From positions 1 through 28,155 of IMG/VR virus record IMGVR_UViG_3300046720_000003: 28,155 nucleotides of DNA; one strand, 5' to 3'. Under the pieces are notes generated by a model. The model saw only the letters and a program-made list of their open reading frames with translations, was not told the DNA's origin and made no database searches. The stretch is from a virus. Taxonomy: Duplodnaviria > Caudoviricetes. Positions 7,840 to 15,746 of this stretch are shown one piece after another (position 1 is the first letter of the stretch; each line of letters begins with the position of its first letter). The position numbers and the translations under genes are program-made.

Positions 7840-8181
7840 TCAACATGGTTGCCAGATACCGCATCTGACATACCCATGTGTCCCGCAACACCGCCACAGC
7901 AGCGACGGCTCCAGGTGTAGCGGCTCGCGGGCCACGAGGGTGTGGGCGGTGGTGGATGCCGCCATCCAACGGCCTTCATCAACTGTGTGCCGGTCTTCAT
8001 CAACTGTGGGGCCGTCGCCCGGCGCGTACCCGGTGCACCAGTGCCAGAACGAGGGGTTGGTCTCGTCGAGCGCCGGGTCTGTGTTCCGGGGCCAGCCGTA
8101 GTAGATGTCATCGGTCAGCCGCGTGAGGTCGGCCCACCAGTCGCACCAGTTCGTGGGCGGATCGTCGCGGTCGTGGCTCAC
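7840..8181 (-). CDS. DUF6527-like Cys/His protein
   Basis: C-terminal LEPSLLWRCCGTHGYVRCGIW pattern; GTGA-coupled. Confidence 0.6.
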   Translation of the reverse strand: MSHDRDDPPTNWCDWWADLTRLTDDIYYGWPRNTDPALDETNPSFWHWCTGYAPGDGPTVDEDRHTVDEGRWMAASTTAHTLVAREPLHLEPSLLWRCCGTHGYVRCGIWQPC

Positions 8182-8327
8182 GGCGCCTCCGTCGTCGGCG
8201 GTGCGGGCGGTTCGGGGGACGGTTCGGGCTGCGGGTCCACCACGCCCATCGCTTCCAGCGTGGCCAGGTCAGCCCCCGTGGGGTCGGGGCGCGGTGTGAC
8301 CTGGCGCGGCGCAGGCTGAGCAGACAT
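8178..8327 (-). CDS. Small Pro-rich hypothetical protein (49 aa)
   Basis: ATG overlaps the collagen-gene stop (TGATG); GGAGG RBS. Confidence 0.55.
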   Translation of the reverse strand: MSAQPAPRQVTPRPDPTGADLATLEAMGVVDPQPEPSPEPPAPPTTEAP

Positions 8328-9064
8328 CACAGCCTCCTGTAGGTGGGGAGCATGGTCAGCGCGATACCGCCCAGCAGCCCCGGGGATGACGACGGGGACG
8401 GTTCGAGCGTTGGCCCGTTGGTGGGCTGGCAGGTGTAGTGGGTGGATCCGTCGCCGTCCGGGGTGCACTCGTAGGCGGCGCCGTCGGGAGTCGTGTATGT
8501 CCAGCCGGACGGTGGCGGGCCTGCGGGGCCCTGCTCGCCCTGCGGCCCCTGTTCGCCGCGGGGCCCTTCGGGGCCTTGCGGGCCGGGCACGGCCGAGTCG
8601 GCGCCGGGCTCCCCACGGTCACCATGAGGCCCCGGGATGGTCGAGTCCGCCCCTGGCTGCCCCGGGGCACCATGCGCCCCATCCCGCGGGGTGATGGTCG
8701 GCGCCGGCCTGCCCGGCGGACCAGCCGGGCCCGTCGCTCCCCGCGCGCCCGTCCGGCCGGGCGGGCCGGGGATCGGCACCGGCACCTCAGCGCGCCGCGG
8801 CAGATCGGCCACCGCACGCGCCGGATCCGGGGCCACCGGTGTCCTGCCAGCGGCCTGCACCTGCGCCCGCAACTGCCGCACGTCCGTGGCCAGCGTGCTG
8901 ACGGCCGCGCCGCGTTTATCGGCCTCAGCCGCCAGGGCCGCGGCGTTCGACTCGGAGCGGACCCATGCCACGGCTGCGGCCACGGCTGCCGTCAGCATCA
9001 GCAGAGCCGTGACAGCCGCCAGGGCCTTCCAGCGGCGGGCGAACGCCCGCTCGGTGCGGGTCAC
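8327..9064 (-). CDS. Membrane-anchored collagen-like protein
   Basis: N-terminal TM helix, coiled coil, interrupted G-X-Y repeats, C-terminal Cys pair. Confidence 0.8.
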   Translation of the reverse strand: MTRTERAFARRWKALAAVTALLMLTAAVAAAVAWVRSESNAAALAAEADKRGAAVSTLATDVRQLRAQVQAAGRTPVAPDPARAVADLPRRAEVPVPIPGPPGRTGARGATGPAGPPGRPAPTITPRDGAHGAPGQPGADSTIPGPHGDRGEPGADSAVPGPQGPEGPRGEQGPQGEQGPAGPPPSGWTYTTPDGAAYECTPDGDGSTHYTCQPTNGPTLEPSPSSSPGLLGGIALTMLPTYRRL

Positions 9065-9348
9065 AGACTCCCCCCGAGTTGGATCACGAGCAGTTTCAGG
9101 CGGGAGACCTCAGCCTCTAGCGCGTGGACCTGAGCCTCCGCCGCCGCCACCCGCGCCTCAGCCTTGGCCTGGTCCGCTTCGGCCTTGTCCCGCTCGGCCA
9201 CCAGGCGGCTGGTCAGGCTGTCGTATCCGGTGAGCACGTGGCCGTGCCGCTGCGCACGGCCGGCGGCCCGGGACCCGTACACGGCCGCCGCCCCCGTCAC
9301 AGGCACGCCGATCAGCGCGGCGACCGCCGTGACCATGGCAGCGTCCAA
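9061..9348 (-). CDS. TM + coiled-coil lysis-cassette protein
   Basis: N-terminal hydrophobic helix, heptad-like C-terminus, located after the holin. Confidence 0.75.
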   Translation of the reverse strand: MDAAMVTAVAALIGVPVTGAAAVYGSRAAGRAQRHGHVLTGYDSLTSRLVAERDKAEADQAKAEARVAAAEAQVHALEAEVSRLKLLVIQLGGSL

Positions 9349-9367
9349 CGGGGCCTCCGGTCACAGC

Positions 9368-9727
9368 TCAAACGCCTGCGGGTCCGCGCGAGCGGTCCAG
9401 TGTGGGCGCCGGGGACACCTGCCCGCGGGTCAGGAACACCAGCGTCGCGAGCACGAGCCCGTTGATCGCGCCCACGGTCTCCGGCGCCACACCGAAATGG
9501 AACGCCGCGAGCAGCGCCACCCCGGCGGCAACGAAACCAGTGAACGCCGACGGTGCGACAGGCCGAGTCACCGCGGCGGTTATCGCGGCGAACACGGCGG
9601 AGACGACAGCCACGATCGCCCCGGCCTGCACCGAGGACAGGCCCACGTTGAACGTGACCAGCAGCGACAGGGCAGCGGAGACCAGGCCCAGCACCATAGC
9701 GGGCTCACGGCCGAAAATGGATCTCAT
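9368..9727 (-). CDS. Holin-like multi-TM protein
   Basis: IFGREPA start, about 4 TM segments, adjacent to the endolysin. Confidence 0.75.
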   Translation of the reverse strand: MRSIFGREPAMVLGLVSAALSLLVTFNVGLSSVQAGAIVAVVSAVFAAITAAVTRPVAPSAFTGFVAAGVALLAAFHFGVAPETVGAINGLVLATLVFLTRGQVSPAPTLDRSRGPAGV

Positions 9728-9754
9728 GACGATTCCGTTCTGTCAGGAGGGTGG

Positions 9755-10612
9755 TTAGTCGACGACGGTGAACCCGTGCTTGTCGCCGAGCCGTTTCAGG
9801 GATGCCTTGCCTGGGATGCCGTCGGCGGCTGACCCGTGGTAGCCGCAGCGTTTCTGCCAGGCGGTGTAGGCGCCCAGCGTCCGGGTGCCGAAGGACCCGT
9901 CGACCCACTTCTCCGCTAGCAGGCCCTCGGCGTGCAGTGCGCGTTCGACGCGCAGTACCTCCGCTTTGTAGGTGGTGCCGCCCTGTCGCAGGTTCGGGTC
10001 CCGCTTCGCTGCGGCCACGACGTGGGACAGGTCCACGCGGGGCCTGGCGCTCGGTGCGGGTTTCTCGGCCGGAGACTTCGCCCCGCCCGCCCCGGCCGGG
10101 CGCTTCGCTCCGGCCTGCACCCACGCATACAGTGGCCCGCCCGGGCACGCGGTGGCGTAGCCGTCCCGGTGCCCCCGGATCTCATCCCCTGCGCCGCCAT
10201 GCAGCCGCAGTAGCTCGATGGCGTCGCGGATCCCGGCGAGCTGGGCGTCCGTCGGGTGGGTGAGCCCCTCGGAGCCGACCATGGCGCACACCGCGTAGTG
10301 CGCCATGTTGAGGGTCTGGTTGCCGTTGGCGGCCGTCTTGTGGTGCAGCCCGCGACCCTCGTAGGTGTATCCGTGCGGACAGGCCACGTAGTTGTACGCG
10401 ATGTCGGAGTAGTCCTCGCGGGTGTTGGCCAGGTGAGAGCGCTGGAGGTCCCGCATCCGGTCATCGCACCGGGTGTGATGCTCCGGCGCGGCCAAGTCCG
10501 CAGGCACCGCCGTGCCCTCGTAGTGCACCTTCACGCCGCGGGTGCTGCCGATGTGCACCAGCGGATACCGGGACGGTCTGGCGCCCCACTGGGCGCGGGT
10601 CACAAGCAGCAT
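9755..10612 (-). CDS. Endolysin: N-acetylmuramoyl-L-alanine amidase (PGRP-like) with peptidoglycan-binding domain
   Basis: VTRAQWGA, HY, DIAYNY, YEGRG, GHRD..ATACPG; C-terminal DGSFG and ADGIPG motifs. Confidence 0.92.
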   Translation of the reverse strand: MLLVTRAQWGARPSRYPLVHIGSTRGVKVHYEGTAVPADLAAPEHHTRCDDRMRDLQRSHLANTREDYSDIAYNYVACPHGYTYEGRGLHHKTAANGNQTLNMAHYAVCAMVGSEGLTHPTDAQLAGIRDAIELLRLHGGAGDEIRGHRDGYATACPGGPLYAWVQAGAKRPAGAGGAKSPAEKPAPSARPRVDLSHVVAAAKRDPNLRQGGTTYKAEVLRVERALHAEGLLAEKWVDGSFGTRTLGAYTAWQKRCGYHGSAADGIPGKASLKRLGDKHGFTVVD

Positions 10613-10615
10613 GGG

Positions 10616-10753
10616 TCAGCCCTTCCTCTGCGCGGTGCCACGGGTGGGATGCCATCCGCATTCGCCCCGGCACGAGCAGCACCGGTCGGCCAGCCTTCGG
10701 GCGGCACGGTCCAGCGCGGCCGGGTGGTCCGGGCAGCACTTCACCCCGGGCAT
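10616..10753 (-). CDS. Small Cys-rich protein (45 aa, MPGVKCCPDH...CCSCRGECGWH)
   Basis: TGATG-coupled to the upstream gene; exactly fills the gap to the endolysin. Confidence 0.5.
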   Translation of the reverse strand: MPGVKCCPDHPAALDRAARRLADRCCSCRGECGWHPTRGTAQRKG

Positions 10754-10989
10754 CAGTGGCCGTCCAAAGCGGCGCGAACGAAGCAGTCCTTCGCCTCCAG
10801 CAGCTTGCGGAGTCCGGCTGTCAGTTCGGGCCCGTCCGGCAGGACGTCGATCAGGCCCTGCGCGAGGTCGGCGCACGGCCTGCTCACCGCCTGAAGGTGC
10901 AGGGGCAGGTGGTCGTACTCGAAATACCGGGCGATGTGCACGGTGCTCGGATGACGGTCGGCAGTGTCCACGGGTGCCTCCATGGGCAT
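10753..10989 (-). CDS. Small helical-hairpin phage protein, Acb2/Tad1-like
   Basis: FEYDHLPLHLQ...LPDGPELTAGLRKLLEAKDCFVRAA; start at 10989 or 10983. The CDS is secure, the family call tentative. Confidence 0.6.
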   Translation of the reverse strand: MPMEAPVDTADRHPSTVHIARYFEYDHLPLHLQAVSRPCADLAQGLIDVLPDGPELTAGLRKLLEAKDCFVRAALDGH

Positions 10990-10990
10990 G

Positions 10991-11021
10991 AAAAAGGCCC
11001 CGACCGGGGACGGCTCGGAGC
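10991..11021 (-). terminator. Intrinsic terminator after the tail module
   Basis: GCUCCGA/UCGGGGC stem followed by CUUUUU. Confidence 0.65.
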
Positions 11022-11037
11022 GTAAGTGCGGGCGGGG

Positions 11038-11658
11038 CTAGAGGCTGTATTGGACGTTGTTGAGGGACAGCCAGGGTGGGGTGTCGTTGCTGGTCGTGCC
11101 GACGATGGTCACGGTACCGTCGGTGTGGAAATCGACCTTCAGGGCCACGCGGGTGGACGCGGCGTCGGAGCAGGCCACGGTGACCGTGCGTCGCGAGGCC
11201 GGCCGGAAGGTCGAGGCGAGAGCGGCGGACAGGAAGTTGCCGCTGTTCAGGGGGTTGCTGCCGCTGTAGGGGATGTTCAGGCCGCCCCTCCACTCCACGT
11301 AGTTGGTGCCGAAGCGGCTGGTGAGCCGGTACTGCACAGTGCCGTTGGAGTTGCCGTCGCCACTGTAGCTGGCCGCCAGGGTCGGCGTGGTCCACGAGGT
11401 GGAGCCGTGCGCGAGGGCCTGCCACGCTGCCCCGTCGTACACCTCCAGGCGGTCGGCGTCCTGCAGCCACGTCACCATGCCTTCCACGGGGGCGGATGCC
11501 CCGGTCAGGGCGGCGGCGCGGGCTGATGCGGAGGCGAACCGCAGGGTGGTGCGCTGGACGATGCCGTTGGTCTGAGTGTCGAAACCGGTCTCGGCGTCGG
11601 GCGCATCGGACAGCGCCGGGTAGGCGATGCCCTGGCTGTAGATGTCGGTCTTGGACAA
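11038..11658 (-). CDS. Minor tail / fibre-type protein
   Basis: TTG start with GAGGAG RBS; RFASASARAA..PVEGMVTWLQD..YDGAAW motif, beta-rich C-terminus. Confidence 0.75.
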   Translation of the reverse strand: MSKTDIYSQGIAYPALSDAPDAETGFDTQTNGIVQRTTLRFASASARAAALTGASAPVEGMVTWLQDADRLEVYDGAAWQALAHGSTSWTTPTLAASYSGDGNSNGTVQYRLTSRFGTNYVEWRGGLNIPYSGSNPLNSGNFLSAALASTFRPASRRTVTVACSDAASTRVALKVDFHTDGTVTIVGTTSNDTPPWLSLNNVQYSL

Positions 11659-11668
11659 CGGATGCTCC

Positions 11669-12400
11669 TCACGCGATCCGTTCGAGCCGGACCCATGAAT
11701 CGGTGTAGACGACGGTCGCCGAGGCGTTGCTGGTGCCCTGCGACCATTGGAGGGCGTAGGTGCCGGCCGTGCCGGCGACGCGCAGCGTGCCCTTGATGAG
11801 GACCGTGAGTTCCGCTGACGTGTCGGTGCCGGAGAAGTTGCGGGTCTGTGAGACGTCGTTGGCCTCGGTGCGGATCGAGTAGCCGGAAGTGGTTTGCGCC
11901 GTGGTGCCCAGTCCGGCGCCGTGCCCGGTCCACTCGCCGAGCGCACCGGAGGGGATCGCCCAGTCGATGGTGAGGTCCACGTCGGTGAGGGCGGAGTATT
12001 TGACCCAGCCGTCCACCACATATTTGGCGTTCGCGGTCACGGCGAACGTCAGGTGGGGGTCGTCGCTTGGTGTGGCGTTGCTGGCCCGTGAGGTGTCGGC
12101 GGTTTTAAGCGCGACCTTCCGTGAGCCGACGGCGTCGGCGGCGCTCACCGTCCGTCCACCGGCCCACCAGTTGCCCATGCCGGATCGCGCCAGGATGATG
12201 ACGTCGCCCACGGCCGGGTTCGTGTAGGACTCCAGCCTGCGGGCCCGGATGGAGCCGATATCCACGGTCCCGTCCGTGCCGACGGCGGTGACGGTGCCGG
12301 TCTGCACGTCGGCGCCACGGACCGCGGGCTCGCTGACCACCGCCCGCTTCGCCTCGGCGTTGATCGCGTCGGCGACAGCCTGCGCCGTGGCGCTGCTCAC
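11669..12400 (-). CDS. Minor tail protein
   Basis: GTGA-coupled start at 12400; OB-like N-terminus (GTVTAV..YTNPAVGD), beta-sandwich C-terminus. Confidence 0.75.
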   Translation of the reverse strand: MSSATAQAVADAINAEAKRAVVSEPAVRGADVQTGTVTAVGTDGTVDIGSIRARRLESYTNPAVGDVIILARSGMGNWWAGGRTVSAADAVGSRKVALKTADTSRASNATPSDDPHLTFAVTANAKYVVDGWVKYSALTDVDLTIDWAIPSGALGEWTGHGAGLGTTAQTTSGYSIRTEANDVSQTRNFSGTDTSAELTVLIKGTLRVAGTAGTYALQWSQGTSNASATVVYTDSWVRLERIA

Positions 12401-13497
12401 TGGTCCTCCTTGCCGGAGATCGTGGCCAGGACGAAGTCGCCGCCGGTCTCCAGGGGCACGGGAAATGCCTGGATCTGGTGGAGTTCGCGGGTGCCGTCGC
12501 CGTAGGTCACGCGCACCACATCGCCGGGCTCCAGGGCCGGGTTGGGCAGGGCGGTGATGTCCGCGGTGGCGTTGGGTTTGACGCTGTCCCGCAGGATCTT
12601 GGTGGCGGCGTTGGTGCAGGCCGCTGTGGTGTTCAGGGTCGGGCTGGAGTAGAAGCGGGGCACGCGTCCGAAGGGTCCGCTGATGTAGGTCGGCGAGCCG
12701 GGGTCGGTGTCGGCCACCGTCGCTGAGACGGGGGCGGCGTTTTCTTCGGCGTTCTCTCCGTAGGCGGTCACCGAGTTGTACATGCCGTCGCGGTTCATGC
12801 CCCGGGTGGCGGTGATCAGAGCCCCGCCCTCGCCCGCTGTGATGTCCCACACCGGATCGACGGCGAGCAGGTCCGGGAGCTCGGCGATGATGAACTGGCC
12901 GTCGGGGTCCGCGTACACCTCGGCGCCGATCGCGGTGGCGATCTCCTGTACGGCGGCCCACCGGTCGCCCTCCCGGTCCCAGGTGCGCACCCCCAGTGTG
13001 GCGTCTGTGGCCCGGTTGACGACGACCGCGCCGGGGATGGATGCCTGGATCAGGGCGGTGATCGAGGCGACCGCCCCCGTGCCGCCCCGCGTGGTGTACG
13101 GGGCGGTGAACCGGTCATCCATGATGACCGCCTCAAGGCCCTTGCCCTGGATGGTGACGGGCCCGTCGTGCACATCACCGTCAACGGAGTCGATGCGGAA
13201 AATCCCGAGCGGCACGGTCTCGACCGTGCCGTCCTGGTACTGGATGCCTCGGCGGATCAGCAGCTGCGCACCGTAGATGCTGACTTTGTCGGCGGCGGTG
13301 CGGGGGATCAGCGCCGGATCCGGCACGGTCACCGTGCAGGTACGGCGCACCGCCGACCCGCGGTCCACCGTCACCGATCCGCCGGTGTGGTCGAGCAGCT
13401 CGATCCGCCCGTCCGTGCGGACCAAGCGCACCTCGGTGACCACCTGGTGCGAGGATGCCAGGGCGGGCAGGAAGCGAGGGCTGAGGTTCGGGTACAT
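12397..13497 (-). CDS. Baseplate hub / Tal-like minor tail protein (DUF5047-like)
   Basis: ATG at 13497 (TGATG); GGSVTVDR..VRRTC, VPLGIFRI, PNPALEPGD motifs; second gene after the TMP. Confidence 0.8.
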   Translation of the reverse strand: MYPNLSPRFLPALASSHQVVTEVRLVRTDGRIELLDHTGGSVTVDRGSAVRRTCTVTVPDPALIPRTAADKVSIYGAQLLIRRGIQYQDGTVETVPLGIFRIDSVDGDVHDGPVTIQGKGLEAVIMDDRFTAPYTTRGGTGAVASITALIQASIPGAVVVNRATDATLGVRTWDREGDRWAAVQEIATAIGAEVYADPDGQFIIAELPDLLAVDPVWDITAGEGGALITATRGMNRDGMYNSVTAYGENAEENAAPVSATVADTDPGSPTYISGPFGRVPRFYSSPTLNTTAACTNAATKILRDSVKPNATADITALPNPALEPGDVVRVTYGDGTRELHQIQAFPVPLETGGDFVLATISGKEDQ

Positions 13498-15743
13498 CAG
13501 CCGGCCTTCCGGGTGCCGAGCAGCACGTCCCGCCACGTCTCGTACCGGCTAAGCACATCACCCCAGGTGGTGTTCTCCAGTTCGACGTCCTGCCAGGTGC
13601 GTCCGGCCGGGCCGGCGACGCCGCCGAGCGGCATGTCGCTCTGGGTGAAGGCCAGCGTCCAGCGCCTGCGGGGATCCTTGCCGTAGGGGTTCAGCCGCCC
13701 CTCGGTGACCTCTCCGGCGCACACGTAGGCGTCTTCGAGGCCGAGACCGCCGGCGGTCTGCAGGAGCAGCACGGTGCCGGCGTCGAGCAGTAGGTGCAGG
13801 CTGGCGCGGGCGCCGTCGGTGAGTGTGTCGGCGACCAGGTCGCCCTGCAGTCCACCTCGCACGTCGGAGAGCACGACGCTGTTGCGGCGTCCGCGTACCC
13901 GGTATTCGGCCTGATTGATCGGCCGTTTCCAGTCCGGCGCGGTGATCATTCGGATGCGCTGGTTGCGCTCCGGCCGCCCGGGGTCTTTCAGCCAGCACTC
14001 GTTGGCGTCGGCGAGGTGGATCGTGATGGTGTCGGAGGTGCGTGTGGAGTAGCTGCTCAGCCCGTCAGAGGCCCACATCTCGACGCGGTAGGAGACCTGT
14101 GTTTCCATCGGCGCCTCGTTGTCCTCGATCGCCAGGGTGTCGGCGGTGATCGGGGTCTTGTCGAGCAGTCCCGAGGCGCCGCGGACCAGTGCGCTGGAGC
14201 CGTCGGACAGGACCCGGGTGACGGTGATGACCTGCCCGGTGGTGAGCTCGCGCAGGGTCAGTGTGGCGTTGCCGTCGGCGTCGCTGGTGGTCGCCGCGGT
14301 GAGCGGCAGGACCTGCCAGAGCGCGAGAGCGTCCAGTTGCAGTGTTGAGCTGGCCGAGGTCGCCGTCAGGCTGTACTCGATCAGGCCCGTGACGGCGGCG
14401 GCGGGCGCGGTGAAATCGTCGCTGGTGAGCCACCAGTTCGGCGTCGGTACTGCGGCCGATGAACTGGACGACGCGGAGATCTCCGCATCGGATGTGTTGT
14501 ACCAGCGGACGCGGCGGATCCATGTCCAGCCGCCCGCGGTGACTTTGCTGTAGGTCTCCAGTCGCCAGTTCAACAATTCGGCGACCGGGTATTTCGGTGA
14601 GCGGATCACGCTGGTGGTCGCGGTGGCCGAGGACACGGTGAGGCTGTAGGCGTCGTAATATGCCTGCCCGCCCCACGGCGTGCTGCGGGCGAGGGTGGCC
14701 ACGCCGCTGTTCACCGTCCAGCCGCCCACGCCCGCCTCGAAGCTCCAGTCGGCCATGGGCAGGACGTTGCCGGTGCGCCGGTTCGCCGCGGTGGCCACGG
14801 CGACGGTGCCGATGTAGGCGCCCTCCGTGCGCATGACCTGCCCGGCAGTCCCGCTGGTGATCCCGACCGCCAGGGACGCGGTGGCCGCGTTACTGGGGGC
14901 CACAGCGCTGACGATCTGGCTGTACATGCCGGTGCCGGGCGCCGCCAGATTCGCGCGGGTCGCGCTGATTTGCGATCCGCCCGCATCGTAGAACCGCAGC
15001 TCCACCCAGCACGTGGAGCCGGAGGTGGGCGGGTTGACGAAGACGGATCCGAGGTAGTCGGTGCCGGGCGTGACAGGTGCGCGCTCCACACACAGCGCGC
15101 TCGCGTTGCCGTTCGCCGTGACCGTCAGGCCGACTGTCTCGCCGCCGGCGTAGTAGAAACTCTCCGAGTAGGAGAACACCGGGGCGAGCCGGGACAGGGT
15201 GCAGTTGGTTTCTACGCCCCACGCGGACAGGTCGATTTCCCCGCCGGATTCGGCATTGAAGGACAGCAGATTGCCGGGGAATCGCAACGGATAGCCCAGG
15301 TAGACGTTCTCGAAATAGTTGATCACGCCACTTGCGGCAGGCGTGGCGGACACCAGGACCTGCGCCCGCGCCGCACCCGCAGGCGCCGCGCCCGCCACCG
15401 AGATGCGGTGCCACGACGCGGACGCCGACGCCGTGGTCACCGACCACGTGACCGAGATTTCCTGATTGAGCCAGGTCAGCCACCGGATCCCGATGCGCTC
15501 CGGCACCGTCGCCCCGGATGCGTCCGCGAACGCCCAGTACACCTGACCTGGGACCACGCCATACGAGGAGAACGTGCGGGCCTGCATCTCACCGGACGCG
15601 CTGGAGGTGAGTTTGAGGACGCCGTCGCCCACCCGGCCACCCGAACCGAGCGCGATCGCGCAGTTGAGTTTTGCCGCCCAGCCGCTCGTGTTGGGGTCCA
15701 CCCGCGACGTCGTATCCGACAGGAAATTCCCCGGGATCGCCAT
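13497..15743 (-). CDS. Distal tail protein with three N-terminal carbohydrate-binding-like repeats
   Basis: Immediately follows the TMP; repeats begin GNFLS, GNLLS and GNVLP; C-terminal WLKDPGRP...GRRNSVVLSDVR. Confidence 0.8.
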   Translation of the reverse strand: MAIPGNFLSDTTSRVDPNTSGWAAKLNCAIALGSGGRVGDGVLKLTSSASGEMQARTFSSYGVVPGQVYWAFADASGATVPERIGIRWLTWLNQEISVTWSVTTASASASWHRISVAGAAPAGAARAQVLVSATPAASGVINYFENVYLGYPLRFPGNLLSFNAESGGEIDLSAWGVETNCTLSRLAPVFSYSESFYYAGGETVGLTVTANGNASALCVERAPVTPGTDYLGSVFVNPPTSGSTCWVELRFYDAGGSQISATRANLAAPGTGMYSQIVSAVAPSNAATASLAVGITSGTAGQVMRTEGAYIGTVAVATAANRRTGNVLPMADWSFEAGVGGWTVNSGVATLARSTPWGGQAYYDAYSLTVSSATATTSVIRSPKYPVAELLNWRLETYSKVTAGGWTWIRRVRWYNTSDAEISASSSSSAAVPTPNWWLTSDDFTAPAAAVTGLIEYSLTATSASSTLQLDALALWQVLPLTAATTSDADGNATLTLRELTTGQVITVTRVLSDGSSALVRGASGLLDKTPITADTLAIEDNEAPMETQVSYRVEMWASDGLSSYSTRTSDTITIHLADANECWLKDPGRPERNQRIRMITAPDWKRPINQAEYRVRGRRNSVVLSDVRGGLQGDLVADTLTDGARASLHLLLDAGTVLLLQTAGGLGLEDAYVCAGEVTEGRLNPYGKDPRRRWTLAFTQSDMPLGGVAGPAGRTWQDVELENTTWGDVLSRYETWRDVLLGTRKAG

Positions 15744-15746
15744 CGC

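Noticed and set aside
8500-8780. GC-rich 9-bp periodicity
   Set aside because: Explained by collagen G-X-Y codons.
11659-12961. Long N-terminal extensions in the ORF track (11038..12021, 11669..12961, likewise 22033..22743 and 19826..20449)
   Set aside because: They overlap upstream genes; coupled or RBS-supported internal starts fit better.
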